From IMG/VR virus record IMGVR_UViG_2843449061_000008, positions 1 to 64,000 of that record: a DNA stretch of 64,000 bases; one strand, 5' to 3'. The notes beneath the pieces are model-generated. The model searched no databases and was not told the origin of the DNA. It saw only the letters and a program-made list of their open reading frames with translations. This DNA comes from a virus. Lineage: Duplodnaviria; Caudoviricetes. Positions 28,334 to 37,819 of this stretch are shown in pieces (position 1 is the stretch's first letter; every line of letters begins with the position of its first letter). A program made the position numbers and the translations under genes.

Positions 28334-28843
28334 TTATGGCTGAGCTGGTGTCCATGCCCGCAGCCGACGAACCGTGACCGCTGCCACGTCGAGAATAGTG
28401 GCGATTTCCGCCATGGTGGCGGTGGAGCGCAGCAGGTCCGAGACCTCCGGCGCTCGCCACCAGAACGCTGGCCGCTGTGTCGGACCGAGAATGCGAAGCC
28501 GGGCAACCGCAGCGGTGTGTTCCTTTACGTCGTGCGCGGCCGCGAACTCCGCCGCCGTTAGCCGGATCAGGTCGTCAATCCGCTCGTCCCACCACGCGGC
28601 ATTGTCGATGTACCGGTGGTGCCCTAACAGCCGGCGGATACGCTTGATGGCAGTGCCGCCGATGGGCAAGGTGAGGGTTGATGGAGCCTGTCGGTGACGC
28701 TCGAAATGCGCGGCAAGGCCAGCGGTGACGATGATAGTCTTCCCGTGCCGTTGGCCCTTGGGGCGTCCAAGCAGGACGTCAAACCCGTGGGCGGTTTCCC
28801 GCCGCTCTTCCACCTGCCAGCGGTCGCCCCATATGTCCTCCAT
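28334..28843 (-). CDS. Hypothetical protein with HTH-like segments
   Basis: TMAEIATILDVAAVTVRRLR. Confidence 0.6.
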   Translation of the reverse strand: MEDIWGDRWQVEERRETAHGFDVLLGRPKGQRHGKTIIVTAGLAAHFERHRQAPSTLTLPIGGTAIKRIRRLLGHHRYIDNAAWWDERIDDLIRLTAAEFAAAHDVKEHTAAVARLRILGPTQRPAFWWRAPEVSDLLRSTATMAEIATILDVAAVTVRRLRAWTPAQP

Positions 28844-28927
28844 TTCCAGCGTCACACTTGTGGCCTTCTATGCCTTGGCACCTGAGATCACGTCATCGGC
28901 GAACCAAAAAGCCGCTCTGGGGAGGGG

Positions 28928-29299
28928 TCAGTTCGTTGCTATTCCAACCAGCAACTGCACGACTTTTTTCGGTATCGGTCGATGGCTGGGCTCCTCCGGA
29001 TGTGCCCAGCGTCGGGTGTCCGATCGGGTGTAGCTGGTTCCCAGCTTCTCGTTCAGCCAGTTGGCGGCGGCTTGCCAACCTCCAACACCATCGGCCCAAG
29101 CTGTATAATCTTCGGTCGATAGGGCGAGCTTTGGTGGGCTGACAGCCGCCTGGATATTGGGATCGCCGGCCTCAACCGCCCCTGCCTCCGCCACGACAAC
29201 AGCGATCACGGCCACACCATCAGCCGTAAGGACTGGGGCTGGCAGGCCGGCGCGCTTGGCGCGGGTGGAGAGTTCGGCAAAGGTCATCGTCTCTGGCAT
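28928..29299 (-). CDS. Small protein with C-terminal HTH-like segment
   Basis: WQAAANWLNEKLGTSYTRSDTRRW. Confidence 0.6.
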   Translation of the reverse strand: MPETMTFAELSTRAKRAGLPAPVLTADGVAVIAVVVAEAGAVEAGDPNIQAAVSPPKLALSTEDYTAWADGVGGWQAAANWLNEKLGTSYTRSDTRRWAHPEEPSHRPIPKKVVQLLVGIATN

Positions 29300-29363
29300 G
29301 GCAAAACCCTAGTATGGCGGGATGTATGGCGCAAGCGCGGGGAGCGTGCCATGCCAAAAACCC

Positions 29364-29852
29364 TCAGCGGGGATGCGCTCGCTTGATGGCGTAGACGCTC
29401 CAGATCAGCGACGCTGCAGCCTTGATGGTGTAGGCCGCCTCCTCGTCCGAGCCCAGCGCGAAGTGATCCAGGTTTGACAGACGGAAGGCTTTTCCCCCAA
29501 CGGCGATGAACACGGATTCCGCATCCCGCCACCCGGCGATATCCAGGCCTGGGGCTGTAATCCTCAATGCGTCTGTCGGGATTGCGACATCGGACGGCTG
29601 GCCATTGCCTGCAGCCCGAAACCGCGCGTCATCCCGCATCCTCTCCGCGAAGCCGCCGCGAAGGATGGAGAGTGCCAAGTCGGCTGCCTGCTGCAGCGCC
29701 CCGGCATCATCCCCAGCGTCGTTGACGATCCTGGGGAAGACGTCTCCATAGGGACCGGACTTTCGGCCCGCCTCGCACATTGGGAGTCCGCCCTGAACCC
29801 AGAACGAAACCTCGGCGCACTTCGGCAGGTTCAGATAGGAGACGTGGGCCAT
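29364..29852 (-). CDS. Hypothetical protein
   Basis: ORF in the leftward accessory block. Confidence 0.55.
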   Translation of the reverse strand: MAHVSYLNLPKCAEVSFWVQGGLPMCEAGRKSGPYGDVFPRIVNDAGDDAGALQQAADLALSILRGGFAERMRDDARFRAAGNGQPSDVAIPTDALRITAPGLDIAGWRDAESVFIAVGGKAFRLSNLDHFALGSDEEAAYTIKAAASLIWSVYAIKRAHPR

Positions 29853-29966
29853 TTGGTGTGTCCATGCTGAGGGGGATGAGGACGTCAGTAGAGGGCCGGC
29901 GGGGGCTTGTCCATTCTCCAAAAAGCCCCGCCGGGGATGTCCGCCCAAAAACCCCTCTGGGGGTGC

Positions 29967-31985
29967 TCAGGCGTCGATGACGACGATCCTGGTGGCCACG
30001 CCGGTCCCGCTTTCCTGGAACGAACCGGCCGGCAGCCGTTCCGAAGTGCCGCCGACGCCGTCCAGCCAAGTCCGGAACTCCTCCGCCTTCCGATCGGAGC
30101 GGAAGAAGGGGCTTTCCGCCATGATGGCCACCAGACGGCCGCCGGGCTTCAGCATGCCGAAGGCGCGCCGAACATGGTCGGTATCCGCCAAGCCTTCAAA
30201 GGGCGGGTTCATGCCGATACGGTCGTAAAGCCCCACATGGTCGAAGAAGTCCCGCCCGGCAACGGTGTAGCCTTTCGCCTGCAGCAAGCCGCACAAGGTG
30301 CCGTTGATCTCCAGGACAGTAACGCCGTCCCTCCCGACGGTCTCGGCCATGGCGTCGGCGATATCACCCGCTCCGGCGGATGGTTCCAGAACCGAATGAC
30401 CGGGCTGCAGGTCGAGCAGGTCCACGACGCGCCGCGCCAGGTCGGCGGGGGTACGGAAAAAACCGGGGATCTTGCGTCCCACGAGATCCCGCAAAGCGGC
30501 TTTGATCGGGTCGGCCTTCGGCGCCTCGCTGGAGAGTTCCACGAACCGCGCCGCCGCTTGCCGCAGCTGGCCCGTGGTCAAGATCCCCATGGCGCGCAAG
30601 CGGTGGCCGTCGTCATCCTTCGGGAAGTCGATATGGATCAGGTCGGCCTCGCTGGCCTTCCGGCCCTTCCGGTCAAGCTGTTCCGAGTAGCTGAGACCGG
30701 AGTCCGCCTTGTAACGGGCGCGGCGAATGAGCGAGCGGAACAGCTCGGCTTGCTTGGCCGTGCTCAGCTTGGCCAGGAGACCGGCGGTTCCATCCTTCTG
30801 CGCCTCGCCGATGGCGCGAAGGGTGCGCGCCAAAGTGATTTGGCTTTGCGCGTCCGCTTCCACGCTGGCCGCGATGCTGACGCGCCGCGGCGTGTTGGTC
30901 AGGCGATCGCGGGATAGAATCCCCTGCGCGCGCGCCTCGATCCGATCCGCGATGGCGAACAGCTTGGATTGATTCCCAAAAACCTCCGGAGGGGGTGCCG
31001 CATTCGTGGATTCCTCCGCGCTGTTGTGCCCGTCACTCTCCGGCTTGCCGTTGCCGGGTCCGTCATCCGGGCCGGCCGGCGGGGTGTCAAAACCGCACAA
31101 CAGATCAGCCAGGGAGGCGCGCGCCTCGCTTTCACGGGACGTCGGGAAGATCCATCCGACGGCTTGGCGATGCCAGAACGGGGCAAGCCCGGAAACCGCG
31201 GACTTGATCCGGTCCTTATGGGCCAGGGTCTCTCCCTTCACGATAATGGACTTTTCCGAGTAGGACTCAATCCGGAGCGCCGCGGCCCCAGTGGTAACCT
31301 CGGGTGCGCTGGCCTCGACAACCGCCGGCCCGTTGACCGTCGCGCGGACTTCGGTGCACACCTCGGCATGCGCCTCCTCCAGCGCCTCGGCCCGGACTTC
31401 GGTGCGCCGATTGGCGACGCGCGCGGGCTTGCCCATGATCCCTTTGGGCTTGATCGTGACGGACCGCGGAACGGACAAGATCCATTCCTTGTGCGCACGC
31501 TCCAGTTCGAGCGAAAAACGGATGTGCAGGTAATAGTTCGTGTCGAAATAGTCAGTCATGGAGTCGGACTTGTCGTAGCGCCACTGCGATGCGATCGTCT
31601 CCAAGATGTCGCGCAGAGCTTGCGCGGCGTCCGTCCGCCACTCCTTCGCCTCGAATGGCGCGTCATAAGCCGGGACACTGTGCGGGTTGTCCTCTTGCCA
31701 ACGGACATTCTCCGGGTTCGGGATCAAGAATGGCACCGCCTGGATTTCCACCGTCACGGAACCGGCGTGCGGTGACCGGACGGAGACCTTGACGCTTTGC
31801 GGAATCGTTCCGGCCTTCTCCGCTTCTTTGAAAGCCGCGCGAATCAGTTTGTTCCGGTCCGCGTCGCGCATGTGGCGGCCGTCGCGCTCCATGAGCCCTC
31901 CGAACGGGAAAAGGCTCTGCAGCGCGTCTGCGCGGTCATGCTTGGACAGAGCGACCAGATCAGCAAATTTCACGGTGCTGCGCAT
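29967..31985 (-). CDS. Multidomain (polyvalent-type) protein with C-terminal N6-adenine methyltransferase
   Basis: FFRTP, VLEPSAGAG, MNPPF; N-terminal VKVSVRS..YDKSDSMTDYFD (LPD29-like) and YSEKSIIVKGET domains. Confidence 0.8.
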   Translation of the reverse strand: MRSTVKFADLVALSKHDRADALQSLFPFGGLMERDGRHMRDADRNKLIRAAFKEAEKAGTIPQSVKVSVRSPHAGSVTVEIQAVPFLIPNPENVRWQEDNPHSVPAYDAPFEAKEWRTDAAQALRDILETIASQWRYDKSDSMTDYFDTNYYLHIRFSLELERAHKEWILSVPRSVTIKPKGIMGKPARVANRRTEVRAEALEEAHAEVCTEVRATVNGPAVVEASAPEVTTGAAALRIESYSEKSIIVKGETLAHKDRIKSAVSGLAPFWHRQAVGWIFPTSRESEARASLADLLCGFDTPPAGPDDGPGNGKPESDGHNSAEESTNAAPPPEVFGNQSKLFAIADRIEARAQGILSRDRLTNTPRRVSIAASVEADAQSQITLARTLRAIGEAQKDGTAGLLAKLSTAKQAELFRSLIRRARYKADSGLSYSEQLDRKGRKASEADLIHIDFPKDDDGHRLRAMGILTTGQLRQAAARFVELSSEAPKADPIKAALRDLVGRKIPGFFRTPADLARRVVDLLDLQPGHSVLEPSAGAGDIADAMAETVGRDGVTVLEINGTLCGLLQAKGYTVAGRDFFDHVGLYDRIGMNPPFEGLADTDHVRRAFGMLKPGGRLVAIMAESPFFRSDRKAEEFRTWLDGVGGTSERLPAGSFQESGTGVATRIVVIDA

Positions 31986-32200
31986 CGGACAGACTCCGGG
32001 TGTTAGGCAGCCGCAGGGCGGCGCCATCGATCGAAGGGGATGGGGTGCAAAAAGCCGCGCTGGGGTGGGGTACCCAAAAAGCCGCGGCAGGGGGAGAGGC
32101 CCAGGGTTGCCACGCTGTCCGGAAGGGCCGGGCGGCTTGGAAACCCCGCGCGAAGCGGGGTGCTTTCAATCCACGCCCCTGAAGGGGCGACGCGCCAATG

Positions 32201-32494
32201 TTACTCTTCGCCTTCGGTCACCTCCTCCCCATCGGCGTCAATCACGCGACCATCCTCCAGCGTAATCGTGCGGCTTTCCTCGCTCCAGTCACCCCAATCG
32301 CTGTCGCCGCCGTAGCAAACCGCAGCGCGCTTTTGCTCGGGCCACACGGTGATCTGACCGCGCTGCCCCCCGCCATAGGTGATGCCCCAGGTCTCGCACC
32401 CGACCTCGATCTCGGCAGCATGATCGCAGGGGAGCAGTTCCCGGACGGTTTCGATGTTCTCGGCGGTGACGGTGGTCGGATAGAGCAGGTTCAT
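32201..32494 (-). CDS. Small acidic hypothetical protein
   Basis: GGAG RBS. Confidence 0.65.
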   Translation of the reverse strand: MNLLYPTTVTAENIETVRELLPCDHAAEIEVGCETWGITYGGGQRGQITVWPEQKRAAVCYGGDSDWGDWSEESRTITLEDGRVIDADGEEVTEGEE

Positions 32495-32627
32495 GGCTGG
32501 CTCCATTGTTTTGCCGCATCGAGCGGCGGTTGAATGTTAGTGCCGGACAGGTCGCGTGTCCCGATCCGGTTTCCGAGCGGCCCGGCATAACGTCCGAGCT
32601 GCTGGGGAACCGGCCCGAGGGCCGGGG

Positions 32628-32810
32628 TTAGGGGGAAGGTGAGGAAGGGCCGGACGCTTCAGCAATGACGGCGCGCGCCTCCATCACCACGTCATGGAAC
32701 CCGTTCTCCGGATCTTCGAACGGCACGCCCAGGTCAACGAAGCCTTCCACTTGGTCGAGAAGGGCTGAGAGGGCAGAAAGAAGGCGGGTGGAGTGGGATT
32801 GCTGCATCAT
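32628..32810 (-). CDS. Small hypothetical protein
   Basis: Operon packing. Confidence 0.5.
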   Translation of the reverse strand: MMQQSHSTRLLSALSALLDQVEGFVDLGVPFEDPENGFHDVVMEARAVIAEASGPSSPSP

Positions 32811-32814
32811 GGCT

Positions 32815-33300
32815 TCAACCCCTGTAGGCACGGCGGGACTCGCCTTGCGCCTCGCGCGCCACGTCATATGCGTTAGCCAGGGCGATACGCTCTGCTCGGA
32901 TGCCGGGTTCGGTCTCAGCATCACAACGGATCGTCGGCCGGTAGCTGCCTTCCGGGCCGATCAACTCGGAGAAACCTTCATAGCAGGTGTGGTTGCGCGT
33001 CAGCGCATCGAGGGTTTCCAGCGTCACCATGCAGCGCGCCGTAACGGTGGCGATAACCGGATCGGTGGCATAGTGCGCGTGCAGCTGCTCCAGCCACTGA
33101 GCATCACGCGCCGCCGCCCCAGGCACGGCGCTACGGGAGGATGCTGTTTCGCTGGCCATCATCTCCGCGGCAATTTTGGCGGGATGCTTCCGGGCGCGTG
33201 TGGCGTGCGTGCTGGTCGGGAAGGCGTAAGACGTCAAGCCGGTCTCGGTATCGCCAGCGAGAAAGCCGCCTTCTGGCGTGCGCATGAACAGGATGGCCAT
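32815..33300 (-). CDS. Hypothetical protein
   Basis: First gene of the leftward block; GGAG RBS. Confidence 0.65.
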   Translation of the reverse strand: MAILFMRTPEGGFLAGDTETGLTSYAFPTSTHATRARKHPAKIAAEMMASETASSRSAVPGAAARDAQWLEQLHAHYATDPVIATVTARCMVTLETLDALTRNHTCYEGFSELIGPEGSYRPTIRCDAETEPGIRAERIALANAYDVAREAQGESRRAYRG

Positions 33301-33339
33301 TGCCAGATCTCCGCTTAGCGGCGGGTGCCGCGTTGTTCA

Positions 33340-33470
33340 TGTCTCGAATGTATGGCGTTTTCGCCCTTCATGCAATACGCAAAGCCATACATAAACGCAT
33401 AGCGTTTATGCGCCAATTGTATGGCAAATTGTGGTGACGGAAACGCCATACGATGCCATACAGAAAGCAT
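33340..33470. promoter_or_regulatory. AT-rich divergent control region with five GTATGGC/GCCATAC boxes and an ATAAACGC-N3-GCGTTTAT palindrome
   Basis: Boxes at 33350, 33384, 33419, 33445, 33455. Confidence 0.6.
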
Positions 33471-33511
33471 GAACACGCGCCGTCCGCGCAACCCATTCTG
33501 GAGGCTTCGCC

Positions 33512-35713
33512 ATGTCCGCCACCGTTCCCGCTTCCGCCTTCCGCAACGCCTTGGAATCGGTCCGTTGGGCTGCCGAAACGCGTCAGTCCATCCCCGCTTT
33601 GACCTGCGTCCTTATCGAGGCCGCTGGACATGCGCTTTCGCTGACCTGCACCGACCTTGATGCCCGCGCGACCTACACGTTGACCAGCGAGACCGACGCG
33701 GGGAACTGGCGCGCCGCGGTGCCCGTCTCGGCAGTGCGAAAGGCGGTGACGGGGGAAGGCGCCTTGACGATCGCGCCGGCTGGCGCTGCCGTGCGGTTCG
33801 AACTGGACGGGCGCGCCACGATGATCCCCATGCCGGATGATGACTCGGCTTTGGACGTCATGCCGCTCTCTCGCGACTTCAACGGCGCGGCCCTGGAGTT
33901 CGAGGCGTGCGACGTTGCCCAGTTCGCCGCGCGCACCCTCTTTGCGATCTCGACGGAGGAGACCCGTTACTATCTCAACGGCGTCTATCTGCACCGGCCG
34001 AATCCGGAGCGCATGCCGGAGGGATTTCGCGCCGTCTCGACGGACGGGCATCGGCTGGCCCTTCTCGACGTGGCGCCGCGCGCTGTCAGCGGCGAGTGGC
34101 GCGAAACAATCATCCCGCGCCGGCTTGTCTCGGCGCTGGGCAAGGTGGCCGGTGCGAAGGAGGCCGGGCCGGTGCTGATCGAACAGCCGGCCGCCGGTCT
34201 CGGGCTGCGGATCACCTGCGGCGCCTTGACCGTGGTGGCGAAGGAAATCGACGGTACGTTCCCGGACTATGCTCGGTGCGTCCCGGGATATCGTCAGGGC
34301 GACGATGAAATCGCGACCGTGACCATGACAGGCCGGGATCTCGCGCGCGCCGTGGCGGACATGGGCAGCAAGCGTGATCCCTGGATGGTGGCGGTGGACG
34401 TGGCACCCGGCTTGCCGGTGCGGTTCTATGGCTGCGCCACGGCTGCAGGGGCATCCGCCGATGTCAACGCCACCGGTGCGGCGGCCGGCAAGCCGGTTCA
34501 GGTCGGTTTCAACGCGCAGTACATGCGCGAGGCCGCGAAGGCGCTGGGGGCTGGACCCGTCACGATCATGATGGACGGCGAGGGTAGCCCAGCGCTGATG
34601 ATCGCAGAGGACGGCTATCGAATCGTTCAGATGCCGCATCGTGTCGCGAAGGTCCCGGCCCGCCGGGAAGCTGTCCAAGCCGTCCCGGCGGTTGTCGCTC
34701 CCGTGGTGGAGGATGCGGCGCCGGTTGCCCAGGTCGGGCCGGAGATGGAGCGCGCCGCCATGGGCGCCCAACTTGTCCACCACGCCGCGCCGGTCTGTCC
34801 GCTCGACCTGCAGGGCTATGACGGCGAGGCAAATCCCGATGCAGAGCCCGTGCGATATGACGTGTCTTTCCTGGAGAAGGTGCCGGAGCGCGTGCTTGAT
34901 CGCGTCCGCGTGGCGCTGGACGATCTGCAAATGGTCGCTGAAGCAATGGCACACGTTCGCCGCACGCTTGGCGCGCGGTATGTTGCCGAATCGTGGGAAG
35001 CCACGTTCCGCCATCGTGTAGCCTCGTCGCTGGAGATGATTGAACGGTTCCGTGTGCTTGCGCCGTGCAATGACGTGGATGCCGAAATGGTCTTGCGCGC
35101 GCTGGGTGGCCTTCCTGACGTCGCCTTGACGCCGGCGGAGCTGGATTACTTCCGCCCGCGGGTGACCGAGGAGGAGCCGGAACCGGTGGACCTGCTGCGG
35201 CTGCAGGCCTTCGCCGTGCGCCACGGAATGCAGCCGGGTGACATTGGCGGCCCTCTGACGGTCCTGTCGTCGCGCTATCTGGCGCGCCGCGATCGCATGG
35301 TGCAAGCGGTGGAGACCTTCCGGGCATCGACGGTGGAGGAGCTGTGCAACGCGCAGAACCCGGAGACCTACGCGACTTGCGGAACGCTGGTTCCCGCGGA
35401 CGTCGGTTCCGGGCCGGCGCGGTACGAGTCCCCGGCAGCGCCGGAGAATGGCACCTTTGCAGCCTTCATGCGCGAGACCTTCGGGGCGCGGTGGACGATC
35501 GGACGGAAGCGGCGCGGCTCCGATCGGGTGTGGATCACCAAGCGCCAGTACGATGCGGCTCGGCAGGCGTGGGAGGCACGGCAGGCTACCCAGCTCCGAC
35601 GCGCACCAAATGTTGTGGTGCTGGCTGATTGGGCGAATCGGAGTATCAGTAACGACTCGGCGATTGTCGTGGTGCGCGAAGCAACCCGGGAAGGGCCGTT
35701 GAAGGCCGGGTGA
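33512..35713 (+). CDS. DNA polymerase III beta-clamp homologue with ~350-aa C-terminal extension
   Basis: TCTDLD, FAISTEETRYYLNGVY, STDGHRLA, IDGTFPDY, GFNAQYM. Confidence 0.88.
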   Translation: MSATVPASAFRNALESVRWAAETRQSIPALTCVLIEAAGHALSLTCTDLDARATYTLTSETDAGNWRAAVPVSAVRKAVTGEGALTIAPAGAAVRFELDGRATMIPMPDDDSALDVMPLSRDFNGAALEFEACDVAQFAARTLFAISTEETRYYLNGVYLHRPNPERMPEGFRAVSTDGHRLALLDVAPRAVSGEWRETIIPRRLVSALGKVAGAKEAGPVLIEQPAAGLGLRITCGALTVVAKEIDGTFPDYARCVPGYRQGDDEIATVTMTGRDLARAVADMGSKRDPWMVAVDVAPGLPVRFYGCATAAGASADVNATGAAAGKPVQVGFNAQYMREAAKALGAGPVTIMMDGEGSPALMIAEDGYRIVQMPHRVAKVPARREAVQAVPAVVAPVVEDAAPVAQVGPEMERAAMGAQLVHHAAPVCPLDLQGYDGEANPDAEPVRYDVSFLEKVPERVLDRVRVALDDLQMVAEAMAHVRRTLGARYVAESWEATFRHRVASSLEMIERFRVLAPCNDVDAEMVLRALGGLPDVALTPAELDYFRPRVTEEEPEPVDLLRLQAFAVRHGMQPGDIGGPLTVLSSRYLARRDRMVQAVETFRASTVEELCNAQNPETYATCGTLVPADVGSGPARYESPAAPENGTFAAFMRETFGARWTIGRKRRGSDRVWITKRQYDAARQAWEARQATQLRRAPNVVVLADWANRSISNDSAIVVVREATREGPLKAG

Positions 35714-35756
35714 AGCCCCGCAAATGCCTTGTGGATAACTTTTTTTGCCGGACCAA

Positions 35757-36032
35757 TGTCCCATGAGACATTGGCGTTTGTCCCATAGGACAACGGCACT
35801 TGTCCCGTGAGACATCGGCCAGTGTCCCATAGGACAAAGTCCATTGTCCCATAGGACAGATTTTGCGGCGTTGGTCGGTGCGATTGGTTCGCACGGGAAT
35901 GGGGATTGCGCATTATCGCGGCGTGGTTGTGTCCCATGGGACAATGCCCGATGTCCCATAGGACAAATGCGAATGTCCCATAGGACAAAGCCCATTGTCC
36001 CATAGGACGTCCCATGGTTGTCCCATGGGAAA
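35757..36032. repeat. Two arrays (5 + 5 copies) of a near-palindromic 14-mer TGTCCCATRGGACA (with variants) at 22-bp period
   Basis: Copies start at 35757, 35779, 35801, 35823, 35845 and 35930, 35952, 35974, 35996, 36019. Confidence 0.9.
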
Positions 36033-36631
36033 ACGGCTCCAAGAGAAGAGAAGAGAATCTATTTGGTGGTGGTGGTTGCGCGCGTGCGTGCGCTCATACG
36101 TGCGCGTGGGAGACCCCCAGCGCTGGCGATTTCGCTTGACCTGCAGCGACGACATCGGCACGAATTTGGAACCCTTGGAGAAGGGTGCCTGGACAGATCC
36201 CGAAGCACCCTCATCGCTGTTCGTCGCTGGTATCAGCCCCTGCCCATCGTCCGCCCGCCCGGTTCGTCCGTGGCGGGTTTTGTCGTTCTGGTGCCCAGCT
36301 CGCCCAGGTTGGCGACGTCGCCCTCGCTGTTGGCCCTGGTGCCCAGCTCCTCCACCCCCACCGTCACCGCAGGATCAACGCCCATGCGCTTCGCCGCCGT
36401 GGATGCCTTCGCTCGTCCTGCGCTCCGCTGGGGTGCTGGTGGTGAGCTGCAGCGCTGCGTCGGGGTGCTGACGGGGCTGTGTGGGCTGGATGGAGCGCGT
36501 GCGTTGGCCCTGGTGAGCAAAGAAGCACGTAGGAGCGTCGTAGGATGCTTCGAAAGCGTTTGCGCTATGTGGGTAGCGGGCATGGTCTCAGAGCGCATCC
36601 AGCGCGCTCCTGGCGCGCATCTAGACGCTTC

Positions 36632-36680
36632 CGGGTCCTTCCAGGGGCAAAAGACCCGGGGGCAGCACCGGCCCCATGTC
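36632..36680 (+). other. Putative cos site of the outer prophage
   Basis: Lambda cosQ-identical GGGTCCT at 36633, about 1.2 kb upstream of terS; similar to 42448..42495. Confidence 0.55.
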
Positions 36681-36986
36681 GCGAGGATTTTCCGGCTCTG
36701 GTTTCAATGAAACCGCCGCGTTTCCGAACCGCCGCCCGCGTGAAGAACGGCGTGTAACCATTTGGCAACAGTGGCTAATCCGCCACTGAGCCCACACCGC
36801 CAGAGTTTCCAGCCTTTCCAGTTTCCACCCGCCTGCAGCCACGGGCGGCGAGTTTCCCGGCAGCCACCGGGAAGGGCGCGACCGAACGGTTTCCCCGATC
36901 TTCATCGGGTCCGGCGGTCGCCTTTGCGTGACCCCCTGATCCGCGTCCGGGGCGTGGCTGCGCCGGACCCGATGGAGACCATCCCC

Positions 36987-37517
36987 ATGTCCACCTCCGA
37001 GTTCACCCACAGCTTCTTCGGGCACCCCGTGATGGCGGTGCTGAACCTGCTTGGCCTGCGCCGGGCCGCCACCTGGGTGCATGACGTCGCCCTGCCGGTA
37101 CCGGTCGAGCCCGTCGCCGAGCCGACCGCCGAACAGCACCCCACCATCTTCTCCTGCCAGATCCTCGACCTTCAGGACGGGCGGGGCACGCTTCGCCTGG
37201 AGTGGCAGGAGCCGACCGGAAGCGGTGGCGGTGCTTTCGCACGTTCGGTTCGCGACGCGATGGGAACGGCCAAGGAAATGGCCATGCTGCTGAACGGCGA
37301 GCGTGAGGAGGAACCCATCATCCCGGTCGAGACCTGCGAAGCCTGGGTCGAGCGCGAGTGGTTCTGGTGGATCGTGAAGTACCAGAGCAAGCCCAGCGCC
37401 AGCGTCCTCATCATGGACCGCTGCTTCCCGCTCCGCTCGTCGGCGCTGGCCGTTGCGGCAGCGATCAAGACGGCACACCGGGACGGGGTTGTGCTCGGGG
37501 TCGGGGGTGCGCAATGA
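36987..37517 (+). CDS. Hypothetical protein
   Basis: GGAGA RBS; between cos and terS. Confidence 0.55.
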   Translation: MSTSEFTHSFFGHPVMAVLNLLGLRRAATWVHDVALPVPVEPVAEPTAEQHPTIFSCQILDLQDGRGTLRLEWQEPTGSGGGAFARSVRDAMGTAKEMAMLLNGEREEEPIIPVETCEAWVEREWFWWIVKYQSKPSASVLIMDRCFPLRSSALAVAAAIKTAHRDGVVLGVGGAQ

Positions 37518-37807
37518 CCACCATCCCCCCGAACCCCTCGCTTCCGTCCATCGTCATGCAGGAACTGCGGCGTGAGTGCGTGAAGGCCGCCCTCGGCTCC
37601 GAATGGCCGAACAACCCCATCGCCGTGATGAACCTCGCGACCGTCTACGAGGGCTTCGTCCTGTTCGGTGACCAAGAAATCGCGTGGCGCCGGGCAGGCT
37701 TCGGTGAGGTCGCTGACAGCATCGCTACGGCACGCTCCGCCGGCAGGCCTGTTGAGACCGGGGTTTCGCTCCCGGCCAACGTCGCGACGCTGCGCCCGAA
37801 GGGCTGA
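37514..37807 (+). CDS. Hypothetical protein
   Basis: ATGA overlap with the previous gene. Confidence 0.6.
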   Translation: MTTIPPNPSLPSIVMQELRRECVKAALGSEWPNNPIAVMNLATVYEGFVLFGDQEIAWRRAGFGEVADSIATARSAGRPVETGVSLPANVATLRPKG

Positions 37808-37819
37808 TCGGTTTTACCC

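Noticed and set aside
35757-36032. CRISPR array
   Set aside because: Repeats are 14 bp and linkers 8 bp, far below CRISPR sizes, and no cas genes are present; the Cas4-like nuclease at 9.6 kb belongs with RecT.
33368-36042. Long minus-strand ORFs (875 aa and 224 aa) spanning the repeat array and beta-clamp gene
   Set aside because: Shadow ORFs: antisense to a clearly real high-GC gene, and the repeat has no stop codon on the minus strand.
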